A DNA stretch of 64,000 nucleotides, taken from assembly GCA_963727455.1 (NCBI GenBank), contig CAVSGG010000005.1, positions 320,001 to 384,000 of the forward strand. The letters are read 5' to 3'. The number at the start of each line of letters is the position of its first letter. Positions within the stretch are counted from its first letter, which is position 1. The notes under the pieces are model-generated. The model made no database searches and was not told where the DNA came from. It worked only from the letters and a program-made list of their open reading frames with translations. The position numbers and the translations under genes were made by a program. Shown here piece after piece: positions 1-10,058 of this stretch. This DNA comes from Candidatus Krumholzibacteriota bacterium (lineage in GTDB: Bacteria; Krumholzibacteriota; Krumholzibacteriia; JAJRXK01).

Positions 1-327
1 GCGGGATTTCAGGTTCACGGAGTCACCTTCAGTTCTCCGAGCGAACTGGAGCGCTTCAAGGAGAGCTTCCAACCCAACTATCCCATTCACCGCATCTCCA
101 AGCAGGCGTTCAACCGGCTCATCGATGTCTATCCCGGCGCCATCTGGTTCAAGGATGGAGAGGTGGCGGAAGCGTGGAGTGGATTCGTACCCTCGCACCG
201 CGAACTGGCGAATCTCGGTGGTTACGACATTCGGCAGAACGCCGCGAACCCAACGTCCCAAAGCGGAGAGACTCAGCCCTCCGGTGCGGGACTCTTTGGC
301 GGCACGGTCAGCGGCCGCCATCACTGA
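1..327 (+). CDS. partial CDS (5' truncated), C-terminal part of a probable thioredoxin-fold protein
   Basis: Frame +1 is open from base 1 to TGA at 325-327: ...GFQVHGVTFSSPSELERFKESFQPNYPIHRI...VYPGAIWFKDGEVAEAWSG... The cis-Pro-like YP followed by KDGEV resembles a redoxin fold. Absent from the ORF track because it has no start. Confidence 0.5.
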   Translation, partial: AGFQVHGVTFSSPSELERFKESFQPNYPIHRISKQAFNRLIDVYPGAIWFKDGEVAEAWSGFVPSHRELANLGGYDIRQNAANPTSQSGETQPSGAGLFGGTVSGRHH

Positions 328-360
328 GCGCTCCTCCAGTTTCGATTTTGGCCCGTACGA

Positions 361-3300
361 TCAGCGCACGAGGGCCATTTTTTTGGTCTCCGTGAAGCCC
401 AGCCCCTTCACCTGGTAGAGATAGACTCCGCTGGAAACGGCCGTTCCCAGCTCGTCCTTCCCGTCCCACTTTACCGCGGTTGTGGCGCCTCCTTCCACCA
501 CCTGGTGGAAGAGCAGGCGCACGAGCTGGCCCTTGAGGTTGTAGATCCTCACGCTGACCTCGCCGCGGGAGGGTGCGATGAATCGGATCGTGGTCGAAGG
601 ATTGAAGGGATTGGGATGATTTTGCTCCACCACCAGGCGGCGGATCCCCGGCGTGCCGACCTGGGTCGCGGCCCCCGGATTCACGCTCTCGCCGAACGCA
701 TTCAAAATTTCGGCCAGGAAGACCGAGCGGTCCGAAACCCCCGCCGAGGTTTTCGCAAAGGTGTCGGCCAGGTAGTTGAAACCGAAGGGGAAGGTGAGGT
801 CCACTCGACGGTAGGAGTCGATCCCCACGAATTCGTTGCGTTCGTACCAGATGCCCGCGGCAGGGGGCAGAATGGGCCCACCGACGCCGCCGTCGGTGAA
901 GTTATGCGATACCACGGCGCCCGTTCCATTGAAGGGCTGAATGTAATCGAACTTGTTGATGGAGGGGCATCCTCCATTCGCGACCACACCAGTAACGAAA
1001 GTCGAGGCGGGCGTTCCACTGGGTTGCAGGTAGGGGGTGACCTGTCCGTTCAGGGCATAATTCGCGTCGTTTGTGATGTAATCGACTCCCATAGTGCTCT
1101 GCAAGTAGCTGAGGGTGCTCAGCCCTTGACTGTTGAGACCCGAAGCGATGTTGTCGGCGAAGTAGGCTATGTAGCGGTCACCCGCCAAGTGATGCCAGGC
1201 TTCCAAGGTCGCCAGATCGTTGCTCTTGTCATTTCCATTCTGATTGCTTCCGTCGCAGATCAGTCCCGAGGACAGGTTGCCCGCCAGGTAGAGAATGGTG
1301 TGATAGCCGCCGAGCTGTGCTCCCGTGGCACCATGGACTCCAGCCGATCCGATCCCGTTTCCCACCAGCGAGCTCGGACCCACCACCGTATAGGTGTCGA
1401 AGTCGATTCCCTCTACCAGACCATTCTGGGCCATCGCATAGAGGAACTCGGATTCGCCGCCGCGGGGACCGAAATCCTTGATCGTGATCGAGTTTTCGTC
1501 GCCGATGTCTCCCGCCACCGCTTGCTTCGTCTGCGCCGACAAAATGGGAGACTCCTCACCGCGACGTCCGAAGTCGTTGATCAGTAGGATCGTGGGTTGC
1601 TTCAAGCCGCCGATGCCATCCGCCACGACCGAAGGCAGAGCCCGCACCGTGGCCAGGCGCGAGTAGCCACTGCCGGAGAGGAAACCGGTAGTGTCCGCCG
1701 GCATGGTACTCGTCTCTCCGAAACTGTCCTCCGCCTCGATGAACCAGCGGAAGATGTCGCCAGGGAAGAACATGGCGTCCTCGTCGCTCTGGTAAGACGC
1801 AACCGCGGGGCCATCGTTCGGCGCGTCGAAGAAAAACAAGTCGTCGACCGGATCGCCAAAGGTAGTGCGAGCGCTATCACCCTCGACCGTTCCGGTCCAG
1901 ACCGGGAAGCCACGCGTGCTGATGCCCGACATGCTCGCACCGGCCGGCAGTATTCTCACCGAGTCGAAATCTGGATTGGCCTCGAGAGCCCAGCGCATTA
2001 CCGGCAGTCCATTGCTTCCGGGACCAACCAGGGTGGCCCCAGGGTTGACCGCCTTGATGCTCATGACCAGTGAATCCCCGGCAACGTTTGCCGTACCGTT
2101 GACATTGATGTCCTTCGCGGCGTCGATACGCACCGAGGCGTTGGCGGCGTCGCCCTGCCAATCGCTGGTGCCGCTGTTGGGAAAGCCGTCCTGGAAGAGA
2201 TCGACCTCATTGCTACTGAACTGGGGACCCGAAGCCTGGTACTTCCAAAAACTCACGTCGTCAAAGAGAGGAGAGGGGGTTGCATCTCCGCCGGGAAGCG
2301 AAAAATACTGGGCCAAGTCTCGCACGCCCAATGCGATCTGGACTTTCTCCGGATAGTCCACGAGTAAGTCGCTGACATCGTTCGTGATGGTGAAATAGAG
2401 CGGATTGTTGCCATAGTAGACGAAACCGCGATCGCGCCAGGGGGACCACTTACCGTTTGCGTCGGGATAACTGCGGATCCTCCAGGTCCAGAAGATCCCG
2501 TTGTTCAGCGGCAGATGTTGCCACACCGTAAATTGCAGGATCGCACCGCCCACGATGCCATCGTCGTAACTGGTGTTGGAATCGTCCCACGCGATTTCGG
2601 GCGACCAGAACTCGTTCATGAGCGTGCCTGCGGTAGGATCCACCCCGCCCTGGTAGTTGACGACGAATCCTTCCTTCGTGCCGTAGGTCCACATCCCCGA
2701 GACCGAACCTCCCGTGCTCTCCGTGGAGTTCAAGGGTGGTGTGCCATCGTCGATGAACCCGATTTGGGGCGTCTTGTTGGTCGAGCACGGATCGATGTCG
2801 AAGAAAATGGGCCAGACCCGACCGAAGTTCCCCACGAGGCTCGACGGGGTGGCGCTCCATCCCTCCGTATCGTAATCCCCTCCGCCGAGATCCTCGAAAG
2901 TGGCCAGACCGTCGCCGTAAGTGGTCACCGGGACCCCATTGAAGTAGACCCGAAGGTTGTCGACCTGAACGGCCCCGTCGCTGGGATACAGACCGTCCGC
3001 ATCGGATCCCGAACTATCCGTCTGGACGCGAAGGCGTAAGTGCACTTTGTAACTGGAGTACATGAGTGGAGTGAAGAAGATGCTCTGATCGAAATGCCCC
3101 GGTGTCGTGAAGTTCCCTTGAGTGTCTCGTGTATCTCCGGTGAAGGTGGCAAGGGTCTTCAGGACGCCCGCGGAATCGTATTCGACCACGAAGAAATCCG
3201 CGTTGGGTTCAAGGTCCATGTTGTAGTCGAAGACGAGACGTACGTTGACGCTCACCACGGGATTGGTGGGCGCGCTCCAGTCGAGCCAGTCGTCCATGTT

Positions 3301-3735
3301 GTTCGCGTAACCGGGGGCCGTGCTGAAACCGGCTTCCCCCGCCTCGGCACCGCAGAACATGGCGTGATTTTGTGCGTTTGCATCCAGGTTCGCCGCATTG
3401 AAATCGCTGACGTGCCAGAGGGGAGTGTCCTCGGTGAGATCCACTGGGGTCCAGCCCTGTAGGGAGGGGACGAGGTCGAGGGAGTTGAATTGCCCCTCGG
3501 GAAGCCGATCGTTGAGTCCGCCAGGATGTTCGCCGCCGTAAATGTTCCAATAGAGAGTGGAAGTTCCAGTGAGCTTTTGATCGGAGCTGTTGACGGTCAC
3601 GTTCGAACCGAACTCCGCGATGTGCGGTGCTTCAGTGGGCACCGCGCTGTGTTGGTTGGAACTGGCGAGGGAGGGGAGAGGCAGCGAGATCAAAATCAAC
3701 GCGAGGCCGCAGACGAGGACGCGGATCGTGCTCAT
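361..3735 (-). CDS. large secreted protein with C-terminal FlgD-Ig/T9SS type A-like sorting domain
   Basis: Signal peptide MSTIRVLVCGLALILISLPLPSLA; acidic Gly/Asp-rich beta body with MAM/jelly-roll-like segments; C-terminus QNHPNPFNPSTTIRF...IYNLKGQLVR...WDGKDELGTAVSSGVYLYQV...KKMALVR. Confidence 0.85.
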   Translation of the reverse strand: MSTIRVLVCGLALILISLPLPSLASSNQHSAVPTEAPHIAEFGSNVTVNSSDQKLTGTSTLYWNIYGGEHPGGLNDRLPEGQFNSLDLVPSLQGWTPVDLTEDTPLWHVSDFNAANLDANAQNHAMFCGAEAGEAGFSTAPGYANNMDDWLDWSAPTNPVVSVNVRLVFDYNMDLEPNADFFVVEYDSAGVLKTLATFTGDTRDTQGNFTTPGHFDQSIFFTPLMYSSYKVHLRLRVQTDSSGSDADGLYPSDGAVQVDNLRVYFNGVPVTTYGDGLATFEDLGGGDYDTEGWSATPSSLVGNFGRVWPIFFDIDPCSTNKTPQIGFIDDGTPPLNSTESTGGSVSGMWTYGTKEGFVVNYQGGVDPTAGTLMNEFWSPEIAWDDSNTSYDDGIVGGAILQFTVWQHLPLNNGIFWTWRIRSYPDANGKWSPWRDRGFVYYGNNPLYFTITNDVSDLLVDYPEKVQIALGVRDLAQYFSLPGGDATPSPLFDDVSFWKYQASGPQFSSNEVDLFQDGFPNSGTSDWQGDAANASVRIDAAKDINVNGTANVAGDSLVMSIKAVNPGATLVGPGSNGLPVMRWALEANPDFDSVRILPAGASMSGISTRGFPVWTGTVEGDSARTTFGDPVDDLFFFDAPNDGPAVASYQSDEDAMFFPGDIFRWFIEAEDSFGETSTMPADTTGFLSGSGYSRLATVRALPSVVADGIGGLKQPTILLINDFGRRGEESPILSAQTKQAVAGDIGDENSITIKDFGPRGGESEFLYAMAQNGLVEGIDFDTYTVVGPSSLVGNGIGSAGVHGATGAQLGGYHTILYLAGNLSSGLICDGSNQNGNDKSNDLATLEAWHHLAGDRYIAYFADNIASGLNSQGLSTLSYLQSTMGVDYITNDANYALNGQVTPYLQPSGTPASTFVTGVVANGGCPSINKFDYIQPFNGTGAVVSHNFTDGGVGGPILPPAAGIWYERNEFVGIDSYRRVDLTFPFGFNYLADTFAKTSAGVSDRSVFLAEILNAFGESVNPGAATQVGTPGIRRLVVEQNHPNPFNPSTTIRFIAPSRGEVSVRIYNLKGQLVRLLFHQVVEGGATTAVKWDGKDELGTAVSSGVYLYQVKGLGFTETKKMALVR

Positions 3736-4144
3736 GGATGTGTACCTTCCGAGCGATCGAGATCGGGAATGTAGGCGAGGAGGGTCTGCGAAAGCCCATG
3801 CCCTCCTTTACGTTCGAAACGAACGCGCGCCCTCTCAGGTAGGCAGCTGGCAGGACTGGATCCGACTGCTTCGACAAGGATGTTCAGCAGCGGATACAGG
3901 CAGCCTTCCCGCACGATACCGCGGGGGGAGCCGGCTAGACCTGGAGTCGGGCCCGTCACTTCAGCTCACTGAGTCTATCCGATCGCGCGCCGTCTTGGCA
4001 ATATGGCCGACTCCACTTGGCGTTGGACGGAGGGCGCCAAGCGTCTATATTGCTCCGAATTAGGGGTTTTTCCTCAGGACATCGGCCAGGGGTGCCCGGC
4101 GTGCCGGGCGCGGTATCCGGAATTCAGAGTCGGGAGGGTGGAGA

Positions 4145-6106
4145 ATGCGGCAGAACGCCATCGAGAAGATCGTGCAGCGCTACGCGGTCGGGTTGGCGGA
4201 AGGAGTACTCGTGCGCGCGGAGGATTTCGTGACCGTGCGCCCCTTGCACGTGATGACGCACGACAACAGCGGCGCCGTGCTCAACAAATTCCAGGCGCTG
4301 GGCGCAAAGAGAGTCTTCGATCCTTCGCAACCCGTGTTTGCTCTCGACCACGACGTGCAGAATACTTCCGAGTCGAACCTGTCGAAGTACGAGCGCATCG
4401 AGGCCTTTGCGCGCCAGCAGGGGATCGCCTTCCATCCGGCGGGAAGAGGGATCGGCCATCAGATCATGGCCGAGGAGGGATTCGCCCTTCCCGGAGCGCT
4501 CGTGGTTGGCAGCGACTCGCACTCCAATCTCTACGGTGCCCTCAGCGCCCTCGGAACGCCCGTAGTGCGTACCGATGCGGCTGCCATCTGGGCGACGGGT
4601 ACGACCTGGTGGCAGGTACCCAAGACGGTGCGAGTGAATCTGCTGAACAAATTGCGCCAGGGGGTGAGCGGGAAGGACGTGATTCTGAGCCTCATCGCGC
4701 TCTATCGCCACGACGAGGTCCTCAACCACGCGATCGAGTTCCATGGCCCCGGAGTGCGCGCTTTGAGCATGGACGCCCGGATGACGATTGCGAACATGAC
4801 TACGGAATGGGGAGCGCTCGCGGGCTGGTTCCCCTTCGATGAGGGTTTGCGGGACTGGCTCCATACCCGCGCGCGTCATTTCCAAGAGCGCGGTGACGAG
4901 GCTCCTCGCCTCACGTCCGAATCGGTCGAAGAGCTCTATTCGGAGCGCGTGGAGGCGGACGAGGACGCGTGGTACGCCAAGGAGATCGACTTCGATCTTT
5001 CGCGCGTGAGTCCTTACGTGGCGGGGCCGGATCAGGTCAAGGTGGCTGCCTCGGTGGCGGAGATGGAGCCCAAGAAGATCAAAGTCGACAAGGCATTTTT
5101 GCTCTCCTGCGTGAACAGTCGACTGGAAGATCTGCAGCAAGCAGCGGCGGTGTTGCGCGGCAAGCGCGTGGCGGATGGGGTGCAACTTTACCTCGCCGCC
5201 GCCTCCAGCGAGATCGAATCGGCCGCCACTGCCGACGGAAGCTGGCAAGCTCTCTTGGAGGCCGGAGCCATTCCTCTACCACCCGGATGTGGTCCCTGTA
5301 TCGGACTGGGGCAGGGTACTCTCGAGGAGAACGAGGTGGGGATCAGCGCCACCAACCGCAACTTCAAGGGGCGGATGGGTAATCGCAGCGCGCAGTGCTA
5401 CCTGGCCAGTCCCGCGGTAGTCGCCGCGTCCGCGGTTGCGGGTTACATCGCGGGGCCCAGCGCGCCGGAGGACTCCATCCCCGCGGCACAGCTGCGCGCG
5501 AATCCCGCGCCGAAACGGACGGCCAGCACCGTCCGCACCCTGGAGGGCTTTCCCGAGAAGCTCTCAGGTCGTCTGCTCTTTCTTCCCCAGGACAACCTCA
5601 ACACCGATGGGATCTACGGGAAGGACTGGACCTATCGCGACGACATGAAGCCACAGGAAATGGCCGAGGTTGCCATGCTGAATTACGATCCGAAGTTCCA
5701 GCAGATTGCGAAGCAGGGCGACATTCTGGTCGGGGGAAAGAACTTCGGCTCGGGTTCGTCCCGGGAGCAAGCGGCAACCGCGCTGAAGTTCCGCGGAATT
5801 CAGCTCATTCTCGCGGCCTCGTTCAGCGAGACCTACAAACGCAACGCGTTCAACAATGGTATTCTCGTAGTCGAGTGTCCCGAGCTGGTGGTTGCGCTGC
5901 TGCAAGCCCAGAGTGAAGCAGTGCGGGCCGATCACAGGACCATCCCGTGCCCCGGATTGGCGGAGGTGGACTTCTTGAATGCAACGGTCAGCTACGAAGG
6001 AGCGAACTATGTCATCGCGGCCCTTTCCAGTACTGCACAAGAGTTGGTGCTGGCCGGGGGAAGCGAAGGTCTCGTGCGGCAGCAGCTCGCGCGTCAAGCC
6101 CGGTAG
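4145..6106 (+). CDS. lysF: homoaconitase (homoaconitate hydratase), single-chain fungal Lys4/LysF type
   Basis: Aconitase motifs THDNS, DHD, GIGHQ, DSHSN and TIANM; Fe-S cysteines SCVNSR and GCGPCIG; fused swivel domain NTDGIY...NFGSGSSREQA; GTPVVRTDAAAIWATG.TWWQ.P matches my recollection of fungal Lys4. Confidence 0.85.
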   Translation: MRQNAIEKIVQRYAVGLAEGVLVRAEDFVTVRPLHVMTHDNSGAVLNKFQALGAKRVFDPSQPVFALDHDVQNTSESNLSKYERIEAFARQQGIAFHPAGRGIGHQIMAEEGFALPGALVVGSDSHSNLYGALSALGTPVVRTDAAAIWATGTTWWQVPKTVRVNLLNKLRQGVSGKDVILSLIALYRHDEVLNHAIEFHGPGVRALSMDARMTIANMTTEWGALAGWFPFDEGLRDWLHTRARHFQERGDEAPRLTSESVEELYSERVEADEDAWYAKEIDFDLSRVSPYVAGPDQVKVAASVAEMEPKKIKVDKAFLLSCVNSRLEDLQQAAAVLRGKRVADGVQLYLAAASSEIESAATADGSWQALLEAGAIPLPPGCGPCIGLGQGTLEENEVGISATNRNFKGRMGNRSAQCYLASPAVVAASAVAGYIAGPSAPEDSIPAAQLRANPAPKRTASTVRTLEGFPEKLSGRLLFLPQDNLNTDGIYGKDWTYRDDMKPQEMAEVAMLNYDPKFQQIAKQGDILVGGKNFGSGSSREQAATALKFRGIQLILAASFSETYKRNAFNNGILVVECPELVVALLQAQSEAVRADHRTIPCPGLAEVDFLNATVSYEGANYVIAALSSTAQELVLAGGSEGLVRQQLARQAR

Positions 6107-6969
6107 AGATCGTAGCTGAAGAGCCCCAGTGCGCTCCAGATGAACAGGAAGCTGAGCAGTTTCTCGCGACCAAAGGGTTCGTGGAACGCGAGAACCGCGA
6201 GGAGAAACTGCAGCGAGGGCGCCACATACTGCAGCACACCCACTGTCGAGTAGGGCAAGCGACGCGCCGCGTTGGTGAACCACAAGAGCGGCAACGCGGT
6301 GATCATCCCCCCCGCGGCCAAGAGGAATTTCAGAGGACTTTCGGCCCTCGTGAAGATCAGGGCGTCGTCGGCGCGCAGATGGGCGAGCCAGAGGAGGGCC
6401 AGAGGGGAGAGGAGAAGGGTCTCGAGGCAGAGCCCCTCCATGGGTCCAGCGGCAACTCTTTTTCTTACAAGACCATAGAATCCAAAGCTCAGAGCTAGGA
6501 TGAAGGCGAGGCCGGGGAAGCTCCCCTGGCTGAGAGTGAGTGTGAGCACGCCGATGACAGCCAAGAGCACCGAGATTTTCTGCCGGGGCCGCAGCTTCTC
6601 ACCCAGAAATGCGACGCCCAAGAGCACGTTCAAGAGCGGGTTGATGAAGTACCCCAGGCTGGCCGAGAGCACCTGATCGTGGCCCACGGCCCAGATGAAG
6701 GTGTACCAGTTGATGGCGATGAGCGCGGTGGAGAGGAGGAGCAGTCGGAAGGTGCGCCACTCTCGGAGAGTGTGCCAGGATTTCACCAGATGGCCGCGCA
6801 GAGCCAAAAGAGACAAGAGGAAGAGGGCCGACCAGAGCACGCGGTGGCAGAGCACTTCCAGGGGAGTAGCGCTGGCGACCGCTTTGAAGTAGAGGGCGAT
6901 GAACCCCCACCACAGGTAGGCGGCCAGGCCGTAGGCCACTCCGACTTTGGTTTGCCGATCCGAGCTCAA
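6094..6969 (-). CDS. rarD: EamA/DMT transporter RarD
   Basis: AYLWWG, HRVLWS, NWYTFIWAV, SLGYFINPL, LQYVAPSLQF; about 10 TM helices; TTG start overlaps the SDR stop. Confidence 0.9.
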   Translation of the reverse strand: MSSDRQTKVGVAYGLAAYLWWGFIALYFKAVASATPLEVLCHRVLWSALFLLSLLALRGHLVKSWHTLREWRTFRLLLLSTALIAINWYTFIWAVGHDQVLSASLGYFINPLLNVLLGVAFLGEKLRPRQKISVLLAVIGVLTLTLSQGSFPGLAFILALSFGFYGLVRKRVAAGPMEGLCLETLLLSPLALLWLAHLRADDALIFTRAESPLKFLLAAGGMITALPLLWFTNAARRLPYSTVGVLQYVAPSLQFLLAVLAFHEPFGREKLLSFLFIWSALGLFSYDLYRA

Positions 6970-7739
6970 CGGGCGCAGGTCTGTCGGCGACCGCCGTCGA
7001 TGGCAATGGTCTCGCCGGTGATCCAGCCCGCATCGTCACTGGCCAAGAACGCGATGAGCGCGGCGACTTCTGCAGGTTCACCAACTCTACCCAAAGGATG
7101 CGTGGACTTGCTGTGCTCGAGGAAGTTGGCGTAGTGCTCTTCGTCCATCCCGCCGTTGCGGTGCAAATTCGTGCGCACCACTCCGGGATTGACCGCATTC
7201 ACGCGGACTCTGCTCTCTGCCAGTTCCAGCGCCAGGCAGCGCGTCAGCTGATCCACCCCCGCCTTGCTCACACAGTACGCGAGGACACCGGGGAAGGCCC
7301 TCGTTCCCGTCACGCTACTCAGGTTTACGATGTTGCCCTGGCTCGTCTTCAAGTGGGGGATCGCGTTGCGGGTGAGTGCGTACAGTGAACGCAGATTGAT
7401 GTCCATCATTCCGTCATAGCTCGCGAGATCGGTGTGCTCCCAATCTCCACTAGCGATGATCCCGGCCGCGTTGATCAGGATGTCCAATCCGCCCAGTTCC
7501 TCCGCCGTGGTCTCGACAAGTTGGGCGCGGAATTCCTCCTGGGTGAGGTCGCCGTCGATGGTCCCCAGGGGCAGCTCGGCTCCCGCTTCCTGAGCGAGAG
7601 CGGCGAGTGCCTCCTTGTTGCGGCCGGTGGCGAGGACGATCGCTCCCTCGCGCACGAAGTGAAGCGCGGTGGCCCGTCCAATACCGGAGCTGGCGCCGGT
7701 GACGAGCGCGCGTTTGCCTTCGAGTTTCCCTTTGGTCAT
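6966..7739 (-). CDS. short-chain dehydrogenase/reductase (classical SDR)
   Basis: VTGASSGIG, INAAG, catalytic YCVSK, VNAVNPG. Confidence 0.9.
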   Translation of the reverse strand: MTKGKLEGKRALVTGASSGIGRATALHFVREGAIVLATGRNKEALAALAQEAGAELPLGTIDGDLTQEEFRAQLVETTAEELGGLDILINAAGIIASGDWEHTDLASYDGMMDINLRSLYALTRNAIPHLKTSQGNIVNLSSVTGTRAFPGVLAYCVSKAGVDQLTRCLALELAESRVRVNAVNPGVVRTNLHRNGGMDEEHYANFLEHSKSTHPLGRVGEPAEVAALIAFLASDDAGWITGETIAIDGGRRQTCAR

Positions 7740-7780
7740 GAGAGTTCCTTTGTCCGCGCGCCTTCAGAAGCGACGCATTC

Positions 7781-9319
7781 TTAGTGCGCTTCCGTGACGG
7801 GAGCTGGCTCGCGTAAACGGCCCGGCATTTCGGCCAGGATGTAAGCCATGAGCGCCATGCTCCCCACGTTCACGCGCAAGTCCTTCTCTACAATCTTGTC
7901 GAAGGTATCCGCATTCGTGTGGTGGATTTCGAAGTATTTCGAGGTGTCGTGATCGAGTCCCAAAGCGACCACACCGCGCAGAGCCATGGGGCCTACGTCG
8001 GTTCCCGAGTACGAAGAAAAAATCCGGGTGCTCGAAAGGGGCGCGAAGAGAGCCGCAAAGCGCTCGAGCTTGCCGATCGCGAAACCACGCTCGCGATTGA
8101 GTACCGACTGCTCTTCTTCGCTCAGCTCGCGTTTCTCTCCCTCGACCACGCTATTGGCTGGTCGGAGGTCCAATCGAAAACCGTCGGCCAATCCGTTTCC
8201 CGAGTCGGATTCGATGGCCGCGATGTGATTGGCGAGTTCCGCCTCATGACGACGCGCGTATTCCTTGCCGCCATGATCGCCGTTTTCCTCGTTGGTGAAA
8301 AGCACGAGCCGGATGGTGCGCCGCGGATGCAGATTCAAGCGCTGGAGGGTCCGAACCGCTCCCCAGGCGATGATGCATCCCACGCCGTCGTCCTGCGCTC
8401 CCTGCCCGACGTCCCAGGAATCCAGATGCCCCCCCAGGACTACCACTTCGTCGGGCTTTTCGCTGCCAGGATAATCCGCCACCACGTTCGCGCTCTCCAC
8501 CTCCGGCAGCGTCTTCGCGCCCATTTCGAGATGGCACTTCATCTTCACCCCGCGCCTCTGCAGACGATGCATGAGAGTGGCTCCCTCGATGGTGACGGCA
8601 GCCGCGGGGATCTTGGCCTCTTCCTCGTCGTAGAGCAGGGTACCGGTGTGAGGCGTATCGTAGGAGATGGGTCCCACCGAACGCACGAGCGTAGCGAGCG
8701 CTCCCCAACGCGCGGCACGGCTCGGACCGGCCGTGCGGTAACGCACCGTCTTGCCATAGCTCACGAAGGGCGCGTCGTAGAGTACGATCTTGCCCTTCAA
8801 CTCGCCCTTCTCACCCCAGCTTTGCAGCTCCTCGAAGTTGCTGACGACGACGACCTCCGCGTCAATCCCCCCCGGTGGGGTGCCGACGCTCATGCCCAGT
8901 CCCAAAATGTTCAGGCGATGTTTGGTTGTTGGAGTCGTCAGCCAAGCTCGCTCTTCGCCCCGGACCCAGTGCGGAACCTCGACCTTTTCGCGGTGGACGT
9001 TCGAGAAGCCCTGAGCCTTCAACTTCGCGATGGCCCAATCGATTGCGTTTTCCAGGGTCTGTGTTCCACTCAAGCGGTTGCCGTAGTCGTCACAGAGCTC
9101 GGAGAGAGTCGCATAGGGTTCACTGGAGAGCAGGGCTTCACCGAGGATCCGCCGCGCGGGACCGCGGTAGGCAGCGAGTTCATCCTCGTCCGCGCAAACC
9201 TGCTTGGGAAGGGGCAGGAGCAAGAGTGAAAGACAAAGAAATGTGTAGAAGCCGACGGCTCGCGAGTTCACGATCCACTCCAGAGTCTGCGGGAAAACAG
9301 AGACATTAGCACCACCCAT
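7781..9319 (-). CDS. secreted M28 peptidase with PA domain (carboxypeptidase Q-like)
   Basis: Signal peptide; GGHLDSWD, AQDDG, NEENG, ESDSG and HHT.ADT metal-binding motifs; start uncertain. Confidence 0.9.
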   Translation of the reverse strand: MGGANVSVFPQTLEWIVNSRAVGFYTFLCLSLLLLPLPKQVCADEDELAAYRGPARRILGEALLSSEPYATLSELCDDYGNRLSGTQTLENAIDWAIAKLKAQGFSNVHREKVEVPHWVRGEERAWLTTPTTKHRLNILGLGMSVGTPPGGIDAEVVVVSNFEELQSWGEKGELKGKIVLYDAPFVSYGKTVRYRTAGPSRAARWGALATLVRSVGPISYDTPHTGTLLYDEEEAKIPAAAVTIEGATLMHRLQRRGVKMKCHLEMGAKTLPEVESANVVADYPGSEKPDEVVVLGGHLDSWDVGQGAQDDGVGCIIAWGAVRTLQRLNLHPRRTIRLVLFTNEENGDHGGKEYARRHEAELANHIAAIESDSGNGLADGFRLDLRPANSVVEGEKRELSEEEQSVLNRERGFAIGKLERFAALFAPLSSTRIFSSYSGTDVGPMALRGVVALGLDHDTSKYFEIHHTNADTFDKIVEKDLRVNVGSMALMAYILAEMPGRLREPAPVTEAH

Positions 9320-9367
9320 CCACCGAGGAAAGGCTGGCCGAGAGAGCTTTCCGTGACGGCCGGGGTC

Positions 9368-10003
9368 TCATACCATAGGGCCGCCCAGACTCGACCAGAG
9401 GTACCAACTCGCCACGCTGCGCCAGGGTCGCCACGCCTCCGCCAGTTCCACGAACTGTTTTGCGCTGGGTCGCTCCTTCAATCCGTAGAGATTGCGTACG
9501 GCATTTTGAAGTCCGAGATCGCCTACCGACAGGACATCGGGGCGGCCCAGCACGAAGAGCAGGAACATCTCACCCGTCCAGCGGCCGATGCCCTTCACCT
9601 GACTCAAGTGCTCGATGACGCTATCGTCGTCGAGGCGGTGGATACTGCGGAGTTTCAGATCGCGATTCTGCTGGCGACGTGCCAAATCTTGCAGGTAATC
9701 GCGCTTCTGGCGACTCACCCCACACTCGCGATAGCCGCTCTCCTCGAGCTGCAAGAGCTTGACGGCCGAGAGTCTACCTCCCAGGCGCGCGCGGAGCCGG
9801 CGACGGACCGTTGCCGCGGCCTGAATTGAAATCTGTTGTCCGAGGATCATGTGCGCGAGCGACTCGAATCGGGTGCGACGTGGTAGGGGCGCGGAAAGCG
9901 CGCCGACACGTTTTACCACCTCGCCCAGGACAGGGTCGCGTCGGCAGAGGTACCGGCGAGCCTCACGCCAAGCCTTTTCGTCGTGAAGGGTCGTAAGCTT
10001 CAT
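9368..10003 (-). CDS. alkA: DNA-3-methyladenine glycosylase II (HhH-GPD)
   Basis: ILGQQIS, HhH motif VKGIGRWTGEM, GDLG, WRPWRSVASWYLW. Confidence 0.85.
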   Translation of the reverse strand: MKLTTLHDEKAWREARRYLCRRDPVLGEVVKRVGALSAPLPRRTRFESLAHMILGQQISIQAAATVRRRLRARLGGRLSAVKLLQLEESGYRECGVSRQKRDYLQDLARRQQNRDLKLRSIHRLDDDSVIEHLSQVKGIGRWTGEMFLLFVLGRPDVLSVGDLGLQNAVRNLYGLKERPSAKQFVELAEAWRPWRSVASWYLWSSLGGPMV

Positions 10004-10058
10004 CCTAGGATCGAGACTCTCGAGCTGCCGGCAAGAGTGAACCTCGCACCCTCATCCG

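Noticed and set aside
3736-4144. Lysine or c-di-GMP riboswitch upstream of lysF or the secreted protein
   Set aside because: Conserved riboswitch core sequences were not recognisable
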